From assembly GCA_030295235.1 (NCBI GenBank), contig AP026127.1:1240001-1304000 (forward strand): a stretch of DNA of 64,000 nt. Reading direction: 5' to 3'. The notes beneath the pieces were generated by a model, which was given only the letters and a program-made list of their open reading frames with translations, was not told the origin of the DNA and ran no database searches. Numbering within the stretch: position 1 is the stretch's first letter; each line of letters opens with the position of its first letter. This document shows, piece after piece, positions 49,363-61,052 of this stretch. Origin of the DNA: Fistulifera solaris. Taxonomy: Eukaryota. Both the position numbers and the translations under genes were made by a program.

Positions 49363-50624
49363 ATGTTTCGCATGAAGCATTTGGTGGTGATTGCGTCCGT
49401 CGCTTTTGTCAATGGCCTTGCGTTCGGATTCTGGACGACGTCACAAGGCAGATGCATTTTACTCATTATTATCATGGGAAGTTAACATTACAAAGCAATT
49501 TGAACGTCGCAATCCGCAGACAGAGTACTCTTAGAGCAGGTAAAGATAGAACAGAAGACGAAGATGGAGATTTTACCGCATATATGCCTATGATAAGTCG
49601 TGAAGAAATGGTGATGCAATTTCTTTCTGGTTCTTCATGGATACTTCCCAACACATTCGAGATGTTCCTCAACCAGTGCACCATACAGTCGTTTCTGTTC
49701 CTTCTCAAATCCTTAAGAGACCCACAGACCGTCATGTGGCTGGAAGAATTCACCCAGCCTGATACGCGAGTGACAGTGACACCAGAACCTTCCTTTTCGC
49801 AAGACAATAAACTTGGCTCCTTTAGCAGCAAGCTGCTGGTGTATCATGGTCTGGCTGCACTCAATACCACGCGTTTCCCGACGTGGGATTCTTATTTTGT
49901 TCGGTTGCTAGAGCAGCCCGTTCAGTCTTATTTGGTGGAATCGGACTTACCGCACGCCCCCGATTATCACCTGGACATTGAACCTGCTCGCTTGTGTTCG
50001 CGCATCATCAGTGTCCGAGAACAGATTGCACGAGAATTTGTCAAAGATCTCGACGCAATCAGTAGCATGGGTTGGCGTACGCTGGACTCGTACTGGGAAG
50101 AGGCTCGATCACCTGCTGCGATAGACAGTCGCGCGGCCAAAGTGGCGCGAGAAAGACGACAACAAAACTTTCTTTTCCTTGAACTCAATTCCGACGAAGA
50201 GAGTGACTACCAGCCGTCACCTTTACGAAAGGGTAACTTTGATCTTTTGTGCAACTTAGTTACGCAAGAGAGCATTCATCGAATTCTCAACGAACAACCG
50301 GGCCATCACTATCTTCGTCGTTTTTATGTCGACCGGATCCACTATTTCGTAGGCAATCAACAGTACGGACGGGCCGACTCGTTTTTAAAAGAGCTTTTAC
50401 AAGATGTACCTACGTTTGAAGGCGCCTCTGAAGGGACTGTCTTACTCACAGACCCAACTAGTTTGGCTGAAACGATTCTAAACATGCGAGACGATGTTAT
50501 CAGAGAATGGAAGTCACTGGCGGCAGCCGGGCCTGACAAGCACATGACGATTAGAAGGCTGCAACTGGATCTGATGTTCGGTCGTGCAGCGAGTGAAGTG
50601 GACGACACGCAAAGTATGCAGTAA
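49363..50624 (+). CDS. Hypothetical predicted plastid protein; indel near 49455
   Basis: 390-aa ORF, with an upstream signal peptide ending AFG-F in an adjacent frame. Confidence 0.7.
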
Positions 50625-50994
50625 TTCGAAAAAATGAGAATCCGAAAGCACAATGATTAACGATATTCCGTCGGCGATTGACTGAAGTCACTTCGTACGG
50701 CTAGAGCCGATAATGGAAGAGACTCATGGTTTGGCGTTTGAGTATTTCAACTTTGTGTCTTGCTGAAGTCGAGATTTACAGGATCATCCTAAGCGTGTCG
50801 ATGATCAAAAATGAAAACTGTGCTCGATACGTTGGTGGAGATGTTCGACAAGGCGGAACGAAAATGTACCTTCAACACACGGGGCTCTCTTCGACCTTTG
50901 TTTATCTAACGATCTACAAAGCTTTCGGGTATTTTGAGGCATCCGACGTGCAAGAAAAGTCTGAGGCAATTGAGTGAGTTATTTCGTATCATTT

Positions 50995-52706
50995 CTATTT
51001 CGATTCACGCATTTTCTTCGCCTTGCGAGATACGGGGACGTGTGTAGCCGTCTGCTCCTGCTCCTCATCTACCTCCATGGGTTGCGCGACTCCATCTTCC
51101 TCGGTGTCGGCGTGCAAGAAATCGCAGAGGACGTCAGCATGGACGGAGAGCAACAATGCACCATACTGAAAGTTGCTTGTGGCGCGTTCGACCAATGTCA
51201 CCCCCACCAAGGAGGATCGCACTGACGGAGACGCTTTGATAATCTCAGCCGACCCATTATAAAACGCATTCAACGAGTAAAGTTGTTCAGTACTGGGTCC
51301 GTTCGAGCATCGGTTATCTTCCTGATCCAAGACAGTGATCTTTCGGTTGTGGTGTAATAGCTTGTCGAGCCAAGCTGGTGCGCGCCTCAACCGTTCAAAG
51401 CCGTCCTCGTCGTCGCTGTCATCGTCATCGAAATCCGAGGATTCTCCAAACACTGAATCATCCATCGGTGGGTATGCACCGACTTTTAGCGTACGCAGTC
51501 CCTTGTGCGACTCCATACACGGGGTCATAATCTTGATGATCGAGCTCGTATCAACGAGGAAATCAGTACCGCTCAAGTCTAAGTGATTCAACTTTGCGTT
51601 GGCCGCGATCACGCGGTTCACAGCTTCTGCCACTTGCGCTATCTTGTGGCCTTCAAACAGCACACCGTTTCCGAGGTCTCGGTGATAAAAGTTGAAGTAC
51701 AAGCGTTCAAAGTGTCCGATCTTTGCCAAACGATGCAAGAACTTGACGAGAAATTTACAAAAGTCTTTTACCTCGTCCAGGTAGATAGTCATGCGAAGGT
51801 CTTTGGCATGAATCTTGAGGAAACGAAAATTCATTGACAGCATGTGCTTCGCATAGACTTTGTAAGCGAGAGCCTTGGTGTTCGCCGAGAACGGAAGAAG
51901 AGCACATTCTTCACCAACTCTGCCAATCTGGAGTGTTTCCACTACTTTTCCCATTTGCAAGAGCCTTTCAAAATTGTTGCGGCTGAAGGGCGTAGTGTCG
52001 TTGTCATAGCTGATTGAAAGCGAGCCAAACGAAGACTTTCGATTCGCAAGAGCGTTGATAAAGGCCGTTCCTTCGTCTGTAAATCGAAACCCCTCCTTAC
52101 ACTTATGATTTTTGACCAACTGCAAGTTGATAGGCTGAGGCCGGGTCGCCAGAATAACGGACAGTTCGGGGCTCCAGGTTCCTGTGTACAACTCGAATTC
52201 GCGTTGCGGATTCGCATCCAATATTTGAGCCAGTTGATTTGGCTGCAGAGCGGCAAAATCAAAGCCGTGCTTCTTGCATTTGTCATCCTCAAACGTCCAA
52301 GCTTCCAGATAGACTTTCGTTTCCTTCAACTCCTTGAGCGACCAAAGAAAGACGGCGGTTTCCAGAGCACTCTCTTTCGTTTTTCCGTAGATCGCACATA
52401 GAAGTCGAGTGCGGCCGACCCAAAGCACAAAGCAAACATTCGGCTCTTCAAACTGTACACGCATAGGCTCATGGTAATCGTTCTCGCAAACACAAATGAA
52501 GGTGTTATTATCACGCCAGGTAGCTGCCTTGCTGTACGACTTCCAATCCAAATCGTTCAAATGCGTTGGTTCCCGTATCATTTTATACATCTGTAAATCA
52601 TTTCCGTCTTTGTTTTCGGTCGGGCGAAACGACTTTTGCTCCGACGATAAATGCTCTTTCGGAATGAGTTGTAAAGAGGATCTTCCTGCATCATTTGTTC
52701 GTTCAT
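50995..52706 (-). CDS. RNI-like/LRR-like hypothetical protein
   Basis: About 570 aa with LNHLDLS and LRTLKV leucine-rich units; probable ATG at 52706 requires one missing T near 52673; paralog of 37730-39304. Confidence 0.75.
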
Positions 52707-52817
52707 TTTGATCTTTGCAGCGGCTGTAACGAAAGTGTTGATTGATGGCAATTGTGAGACGATGCAAAGCTCGCAGTCTCGCAAACTTCCGTTATGACCG
52801 CACGCAATGAAGGGACA

Positions 52818-53236
52818 AGTCAAGGTAGAATGAATAACAGCAATAGCAATGTAGCTTAGTTCTCTACCTTGTGTGCCGTTTGATGCGCTGTAGAGTTGTC
52901 CAATCTCTGCAACACGAACGGCCAACGAGGTCGAAACTATCGATGGTCAAAAAGGGGATAGAGTGCAGCTTTTCAGCAATTTGCAAACTATAAAGGGCTT
53001 GGGAGCGAGAGCATCGACAATGCACGACCAGTGTCAAGGAACTCGACACCAGCTGACATGACACGATGCTTCCTCCCGTTAAAGTCTACTTATTACTCCA
53101 GTGTTAGGTGCGCGGATGCTTGTTCTCTCGTGATCACCTTAGTTTTCCTTACACTGGGATTTCACATAGATACTCCATGTCGCAGCGCTCGTCTCGAGGT
53201 AGTTTTTCACTATGGATTGGACAGTCCACTTTGACT
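52818..53236 (-). repeat. 3' LTR (419 bp)
   Basis: Matches 60166-60585 except for the length of one A run; termini AGTCAA...TTGACT. Confidence 0.97.
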
Positions 53237-53245
53237 CTCCCTCTC
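53237..53245 (-). other. Polypurine tract GAGAGGGAG
   Basis: Directly abuts the 3' LTR. Confidence 0.9.
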
Positions 53246-53521
53246 ATCCAAGCACGTGACAGTGAAGTAATTCCGGTACGTCATCTTGTTTCTCACTTAA
53301 ACAATCTTGGAGATTCGATACCGGTTGCCCTCTTATACAGATATTCATTCAAACGTTTTCTTTTCGATCTTCGGACAACAAAAAAAAACATCGAAATGAA
53401 TGAGACCGCACGATGGTCAAGTTCAAACAACAAACGGGCTCTTGTTGCTCTACGTCTTGCCAGGTCTCCACAAATATGTAAGTAACGGTCAGGAACAAGT
53501 AAAGTGACGCTTTGTGCGCAA

Positions 53522-56500
53522 CTACCAGCCTTGGACAAGGCGGCGGTTGTTCACGAAAGCATCTCTTGGCAAAGGCTTCGTCAGGTAGTCGGCACGCTGC
53601 TTTATCGATTCGACTTTGAGCAGCGTAAACTCCTTTGCATGTTGCCAAAACCAGTGCCACTTGGTGAGGAAGTACTTGGTCCGATTGGTGATGCGTTGGT
53701 CGCGAGCGAGGATCAGGGCACCTTGATTGTCTTCGAAGGCCCTCGCCTGAATCGTCGTGTCGACTTCCATTGGGAGGTCGAGACCGTCAACAATCTCCTC
53801 CAGAAGCCATTTGACCGGAAGGAACGCTTTCAGCGCGAATGAAAGGGCGGAGTACTCGGCTTCCAATGTGCTGAGGGAGATGTGCGTCTGCAGAGTCGAC
53901 TTCCAGATTGTGGGACAATTGCAGATGGTGACGATGTATCCAGTTCGCGACTTTGCTGCATCGAGCGCTTCGCGAGTCTTCCGAACCATGGAGCGAACAG
54001 TAATCTGCATCGACAAACAGATCAACAATCAACCGTTTCGACGGGCGGATGATGGTACCTTCGTTGCGTGTCCCTTTCAAATATCGAATGATGGTTTTGA
54101 CTGCTGTTGCATGAGACTGTTTCGGGTTCGAGCTGAATCGGCAGACCTGGCTAACTGCAAAGGCGATATCCGGGCGACTATTGGTTGAAAGATACAACAG
54201 CATGCCGACAACTGAGGGGTAGCTCCAGTCTTCTTGCATCGGAAGGCCTTCAGAGTCGGCTCCAAGAGCTTGTTGGGACGTCGGAAGATTATTCGGCTTG
54301 CAGTCTTCCATCTTTGTTGTTTTGAGAATCTTGTCAATGAGACCGGTCTGGGTAAGTTTGAATTCGTTGTTGTCTCGTTGCTCAAACTTAATACCGAGAA
54401 ACTCAGCGAATGTCCCTTCTTTTGTCAGGCTAAATCCGAGTCCTTGCAACTGCTCAATCAACTCATCAATCAACTTGGGGTCCTTTGCGGCAATTCCGGC
54501 GTCGTCGACATACAAAACAATCATCATGTTGCCCTTGTAGAAGAAGCACGGGTCGTATTTCGTTTGTTTGAAGCCGAGTTTGATCAAGGCTTCGGAGATA
54601 CAGTCGTACCAGAGCTTGGGACTTGTGGAGCTTCCATAGAGCGACTTCTTCAGTCGAAGACAAGTTCCAGGACCTTTAGTAGACACAAATCCGCGCGGCA
54701 AATGAATCCAAATCGGGTCCTTTAACACAGCATGAAGGAAGGCGTTGTTGAAGTCGATGGAGAGCGTCGTCCATTGCAGAATCAATGACAGGATCAAGAA
54801 GATTCGAACGGAGCTCCAGGCTACAACAGGTGCGTAGGTCTCGGTGGATGGCTTTTCTTCTTCCAAATCTCCTCTAACACAGATTCTTCCTTTGTATTTC
54901 TTAAAGCTTCCATCGGGTGCGCGCTTGCGGCGGAAGTTCCATGTGCAGGGAATGATCTTGCCTTTAGCATCCGACATCGGAACTTCGTCCCAAGTCTCGT
55001 GTTCGATCAGCGCGTCGATTTCCTGTTGTGCAGCGCGCTTCCAGTGTTCTCTTTCCGTCGGATTCTTCATTGCTTGATCGTATGTCAATATATCTGGGTT
55101 TGTGTTGATCTTGTTGGCTTTGAATGCGTTTAAATCCGTCGGAGTGTTGTTCAGGTGAGTTTCCAGTGCACCCACAAACATCTCATGGAAGTGTTCCGGT
55201 GCATCGCCGATCCCATAACTCTGAAACGATTCTTCTGACTCAGCAACGTTTATTTCATTGATCAGGCGGTTGGGAGGACGGCGATTGCGTGTGCTTGCTC
55301 GTGTTGGAACGGGAACAGGCGGAGGTTTGCGTTTAGGGGTCGAACTGGCGGGAGCTGGGATTTTTGTAACGGAATTTTCAGCCTCTTTCTCCCTCTGGAT
55401 CGTGGGCCGATAGTCCGGAGATACACTTGGCTCCCCTCTGTTGCATGGAACTTGGCGAAGGCGAAAGCTCCCTCTCTTGAAACGGTGCAGGAATCGGCGC
55501 CGGAAGCGGTGCTAGCTCCCTCTGTTCGAATACGGGGTCCATTGGTGGAGCCGAAGGCATGTTAAAGGGATTTTTGTAGGCGGTAACCGGAGGTCCCTGA
55601 GGCTTTGCTGAGAAGGGAGCTTCGACAGGCGCGGTAGGAGCGGGCAATTGCGTCGTTTTTGGGAGAAAAGATGTTGCTGGTGGGGAGATTTCGAGTGGCC
55701 GAAGCGGTAGTTGATCGAAGGCGGCTTCCACTCTTTCTCTGTGCTCTGCCGCTTTATCTTGCGCCGAATCGGGATATATTGTGTCGTCTGCGGCGTCTTC
55801 ATCGTCATCTACGACGTAGTGATGAGTTGATTCGCCGAACAGCTCGTTCCATTCTCGAGATTGAAAGTCTGGAAGTTGAGAGGGATCCGAGGTGACTGTG
55901 GTGAACAAGTCGTCGAATACGACGTGGAATTGCGCCGTGATGGCTCCTGTTTCCAAGTTTAGGCACAGGGGAACCGAAGTAGCATGGTTGGCACTCACTC
56001 CCATGTACATCTGGCGAGTAGATCGAACGCTCCAACGTGGTAACTTCTTTCCATCGGCGATTTTCTTGTCCAGAACATAAACCGGGCATCCCCAAACATG
56101 TAAGTCATGAAATCGAGCGTGTGGCCACCGCGACTTTGTGAAGAGATCAGACGGACTCACACCGCTATTTCCTTCGGTTGGGACATGGTTGTAAAGGAAG
56201 ACAGCGTGTTGGACCGCCAGTGGCCAGAGTTTGGTGTCTGTGACTTCGGGCCAGTGGATGCTTGCATGAAGCATCATTGCTCTTGCAAGCGACATCACAG
56301 TTTGAATGCTTCTCTCGGCGATTCCGTTGTGGTGATGCGCTCCAACACCAGCAAAGCTTGAAATCTGTCCAAAGTTCTGGAGATGAGCGGTGTATTCCGT
56401 GGAGGTGAATGCGGAGCCATTGTCAGTCAGGTAAGTTTGCGGGATCACTCCAAAATCTCTCCAGTGGTCTTCAAAGTTCTGTTTCGCATCGATGGTCTCA

Positions 56501-59500
56501 TGAGTGTTTAAATGTACTTGTTCTTTGATAAACACATATCCAGATGCATGATCCACAAAGATTGCGCCGCCAGAGTACTGAGTCTTCGGGTCTTCTTTGC
56601 CTTGAGTGTGGGTAAGTCTCCCTTTCGTTGAACAGACAAAGTGATCGACACTGACTCGTTGTCCTGGCAGCAAATGGTCCGCTTTCATTACTCCCTGGCG
56701 ATCTTTTACGACTTTCTTTGTTGTTCCTGGGGCCGATCTTTGCCGCTGCTTTGCGAACTGGCACGCGGCACACATAGGGAGGTGAGTGCTCGACTTCGAT
56801 GCTTGAATCTGTAGCTGTCTTGTCTTCTCACTGTGCGCTAGAACACCTGTGCGCAAAAGGAACTGCGTTTGTTTCATTGAAAGGTGCCCAAGTCGGCAGT
56901 GCCACTTCAACAATTCACGCTGTGCTGGAGAAAGGTTCATGTTGCTGTTGCTTGCACATGAAATCGAAGCGTTGAGCGCCTGGTGGATCTTGGAGTCTGT
57001 GTCGCGGGAATACGCCGTCGTCGAAGGAAGATTTGATTCTGAGCAGATGTAGACCGTGATTCCGCGTCGAGTTGGTTCATCTTCGCTTGTATTGGCGCCG
57101 CTGAGCGTCATTTTCAGCTTATCATGATGAATGGTCTCGTCTGGGTAGGTGTTGAGCAGACTGTTAATGCTCAGCAGTCGAACTTTTGACGATGGAACCA
57201 GAAGAGCCGGTACTTTCAAGGTGCGTAGCATGCCGTCATGATCCGTGAAACTCCATGCGACTGTTCCAACTCCAGCAACTGCTGTCTGACCATGAATACC
57301 CGCGATCTTCATCTCTTTTGCAGGTCTTTCGATTGGTCCAACAAAGTCTGCGCGCGAAGGTGAGATTGAGATGCTCGCTCCTGTGTCCCAAATGACTTTG
57401 AACTGACTCTCTTTGTCAAGGTTCTCTCGAACTGCAGCAGGAGAGGTGAAAGCGGCCTTGAGTGCGGCCGGGATACTCAAGAAAGGTGCACTCAGAGCTG
57501 CCACATACGCGTGAGCAGTTCCAGTAAAGGGTTCATCTTCTTTGGCTCCGCGAAGTGGGCTGTAAAGGTAAGCGCTTTGAATATCAACTTCTGCGCGTGG
57601 AATCCTTGACATGACGTTTCCTAACTCTCTCAGTTCCTCCAAAGACATAGCTGGTGCCAATGGCTTTGGGATTTTTCGGCTTGGTCTTGTTGTGATAAGA
57701 CCAGAAGCGTTTCTTGGGAGGCGGTGGAGCCGGCGGAGCGGAGGGACGCAATGAAAGTGGTTTGGGCGACAGGCATCGCATGAAGAACAATTCGCTCGAT
57801 AAAGAGAGGTGTTTGGTGTGTGTTGAGGTGCCTGCTTCTCCCTCTCTTCATGGGATGACTGAAGCTTGGCAGGACGGAAGCGGATGGCGTCATCGAAGTC
57901 ACGAAGGCGTGCTTGGAGCGTTTCCTCGGCTTCCCTGTCCCGTGCCGCCTTATCCTCGGCCACCGTAGCTCGAGCGGCCTTCAATTCACTTTCCTTGGCG
58001 CGTTTCATCATGAAATCGTCACGGGACGCGTGTCGTCGTCGATTTGGCGCAGGAGGATGGCGTTTGAACCACGGTCGCATCTGGGAGACAACTCGGTCGC
58101 TTGCAACGGTATTGAGATGGCGCTTGCGACGTTTGGCAAAGGCTGGTCCCTTGCGGCGAGCCCAACGCGGAAGAGGCTCTGGAATTCGATGCAGATGAGC
58201 GTTGGTGCGGCGAACATGTTGACGGTGCGCCACCAACAACAGAAGAACAACAATCAACCAGGCAATCGGTGCCAGGAGCCAGGGAAGCGGGATCTTGTCG
58301 AGACCGAGACCAAAGCCAACAAGAGAAGGCGGAAGAGCGAACATTGGGCGGAAGGCCAGTAGTGCTTGAAAGGGATTTTCCTCTGGAGCGGGCACAAGTC
58401 CAGCATGCCAGGCGGAGTGATTCATGACAATATTCGCCTGGTGTTTTGCATCGCCGTTTGTGGGACTTTTGTGTTCGCTTGTACCGTGTGTGGTCGACCA
58501 ACGGCCGCACTTTTCGCACCAGTACCATGTTCTGTCTTTCACTTTCTTGGTGGGACTGTCATTCGGGCCAGGAGGCGTGCGTTTCCACGGATTGCGATTC
58601 TCGTGGCGCTTTGGATTCGTGTTGGATCGCCGCTGCTTGTCTTGAGACCGTTTCTTCGTCGTTTGAGTCTCCTTCTTTGGTTCCGGACAATCGCGAGCCA
58701 TGTGCTCAAGCGACCCGCAATTGAAGCATCCATCCTTCTTCGTCTTCGCGTTCTGATGCTGTGGAACCAGAGCAAAGGCTCCAAACTTTGCCGGGGCGGC
58801 TTTTGAATCCGGATTGTGCCGTGCCGGTGGCCAACGCCCGCGAGATGCAAGAGTGCGGTACTTGTCGGTTGCAATTCGACAAATATCGCGAACTGTCAGC
58901 TCTTCTTTGATGATTCGAGCTGTTACATCGTCCTGGGTCAGAAAACCGATGTCCAAAAGCGTTTCTTCGAGCTTGTCGTGCAGGATACGAAGTGAATGCT
59001 TGTATTCTTCCAAAGGCTGACTCCCACCTGCGGAAAGAAAGGCTTCCAGGATGATCAGGCTCAAGTTGTGCTCATACTGGCCAGCTATCTCCAATTCACG
59101 GACATCTGCGCGGAAATCGATTGCCATTTGGGCTAAGTCTTGCCCAGGATACTGCGAAGGATGGCGATTGCGGATCTTGTGCTTTATGGTGTTGCAGTAG
59201 TCAATAGACACGTTTCTCACAATTTTCATCAGGTGTAACCAATATAGCGGAAATGGGTCTTCTTTCATCGTCACGCCCGTAGTTCCGTAGCTAGACTGTC
59301 ATCAACGCTGTTTAAGAGAAATAGTTTTGCCTCTGTATCGTTGTTGACGTCGTAGGTGTCGTACTTAGTGAGCTGAGGTGCCATTAGCGTCGGCAGCATC
59401 TTTACTTGCAGTCTTGGATGGTTCGTGACACAAGTTATCATCGTTTTCGTGTCAGCAGGGTTGGGGACGCACGATATCGAAAACAGACCGTGGAGTTCCA

Positions 59501-59915
59501 GATGTTCCAAAATCTTGTGTTCGAAGGTTAGACGGTTGTCGCTTGCTTTGAACTTGGGCACTAGTCCTTCAATTCGCTTCGAGTGGGACTTCTGTGCCGC
59601 TGTGATACTCGTACCCCTAAACTGTCCGGGATGATTCGGAGGTGCGGAGTCGTGGGGACCAGTCCATTCGGAGTTTGGATGTGTTCCACACCATGCGACG
59701 GTCAGGCCATTGGGCATTTCGACTAAGCCACCCATGATAGGCTTGTCGACTTCGACCGTTTTCTTCGCCACTTCAACCGGAGGTTGCCCTAGCATCTGTC
59801 TGAGAGCAGCTGTCAGGGAGGCAATCGCCGCGTCCGTAGTCTCGGATTCGACGGGATTCGGAGCGTCCGGATCACGCTGTACGTTGCCGGTGTCGTCCTG
59901 GTTCTCTTCCTGCAT
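53522..59915 (-). CDS. Copia Gag-Pol polyprotein with three frame breaks (~59275, ~55434, ~53965)
   Basis: CCHC knuckle CFNCGSLEHMARDC, protease WDTGAS, WHCRLGH/CAAC, integrase VSVDH/TDNG/NGIAER, RT LYVDD, RNase H VDAD/EAEY/EDN/QRADYLTK. Confidence 0.95.
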
Positions 59916-60149
59916 CGTTGGATCGTCTTCTGAAGAGATATCAATTTCGTCGGCCGAACCACTCGTCGGAGATCGGTGAGTCGCTTTCACTCGAAGTCGC
60001 TGTGCCTGGGCCCGGAGGAGTCCCTTGGCGAGGTACCTGTATCACTGTGTGAGACTGGGAAGGGTTGACTTGGCTTCAGGGCGTCCCCTGAAGGTAGCGT
60101 CAGAAAGTCGGTGACTTTCGGGTGGTTTCTCTAAAACACCGGAGAGGAG

Positions 60150-60165
60150 GCTGGGCTCACTAACC
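60150..60165 (-). other. Primer-binding site complementary to the anticodon arm of initiator tRNA-Met
   Basis: GGTTAGTGAGCCCAGC immediately after the 5' LTR; equals GGTTATGAGCCCAGC plus one extra G. Confidence 0.75.
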
Positions 60166-60585
60166 AGTCAAGGTAGAATGAATAACAGCAATAGCAATGT
60201 AGCTTAGTTCTCTACCTTGTGTGCCGTTTGATGCGCTGTAGAGTTGTCCAATCTCTGCAACACGAACGGCCAACGAGGTCGAAACTATCGATGGTCAAAA
60301 AAGGGGATAGAGTGCAGCTTTTCAGCAATTTGCAAACTATAAAGGGCTTGGGAGCGAGAGCATCGACAATGCACGACCAGTGTCAAGGAACTCGACACCA
60401 GCTGACATGACACGATGCTTCCTCCCGTTAAAGTCTACTTATTACTCCAGTGTTAGGTGCGCGGATGCTTGTTCTCTCGTGATCACCTTAGTTTTCCTTA
60501 CACTGGGATTTCACATAGATACTCCATGTCGCAGCGCTCGTCTCGAGGTAGTTTTTCACTATGGATTGGACAGTCCACTTTGACT
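60166..60585 (-). repeat. 5' LTR (420 bp)
   Basis: Direct repeat of 52818-53236. Confidence 0.97.
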
Positions 60586-61052
60586 GGACATAAATAATGA
60601 GAAAGATACGCTTTTTGATTATGTACGACATTGTACGGGGTCTACGTGAGTCCCGGTTTCGTAGTATCGACTGTAATCGAAAGTGTATCACACATCTTCC
60701 AAGACTGCATTTTAGTCATGAATTAATATTCATGCGAGCGACAAACGCTTGCCTACAATTTGTTCGTTCAGGTCCATTTGTCGTTGGTTGAAAATATATA
60801 GTTTTTGGAAGCGTTTGCATTACACATCTTTCTATTTTACATCGAGAGTCGTGCGAAACGTTGTTCTTTCGTGTTTACTATTGACTAAATTGTTGTCACT
60901 TGTCGCCACGACTGCATGTCAGTCATGAGTCGTCGTCATGATCGTCGGCGCATTTTTCCTCTTGGTCGGCGCATCAATGGCAATGACAATGATGCAATAT
61001 TTTCACGTTCTTATTATCTTCGACAACACTGCCGAAGGAAAGAGCCTCCGCT

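Larger units (their letters stand above)
52818..60585 (-). mobile_element. Full-length Ty1/Copia LTR retrotransposon (CoDi-like), 5-bp TSD GGACA
   Basis: Two LTRs, GGACA at 52813-52817 and 60586-60590, PBS, PPT, gag-PR-IN-RT-RNaseH order. Confidence 0.98.

Noticed and set aside
53237..53521. env-like ORF after pol
   Set aside because: Only ~285 bp and no convincing ORF.
59271..59280. Programmed gag-pol frameshift
   Set aside because: The break lies within Gag upstream of the zinc knuckles, no slippery heptamer is evident, and indels are common throughout the window.
60581..60720. Link between LTR ends (AGTC/GACT) and the nearby GACT-N7-AGTC motif
   Set aside because: Only a 4-bp match and one insertion; could be chance.
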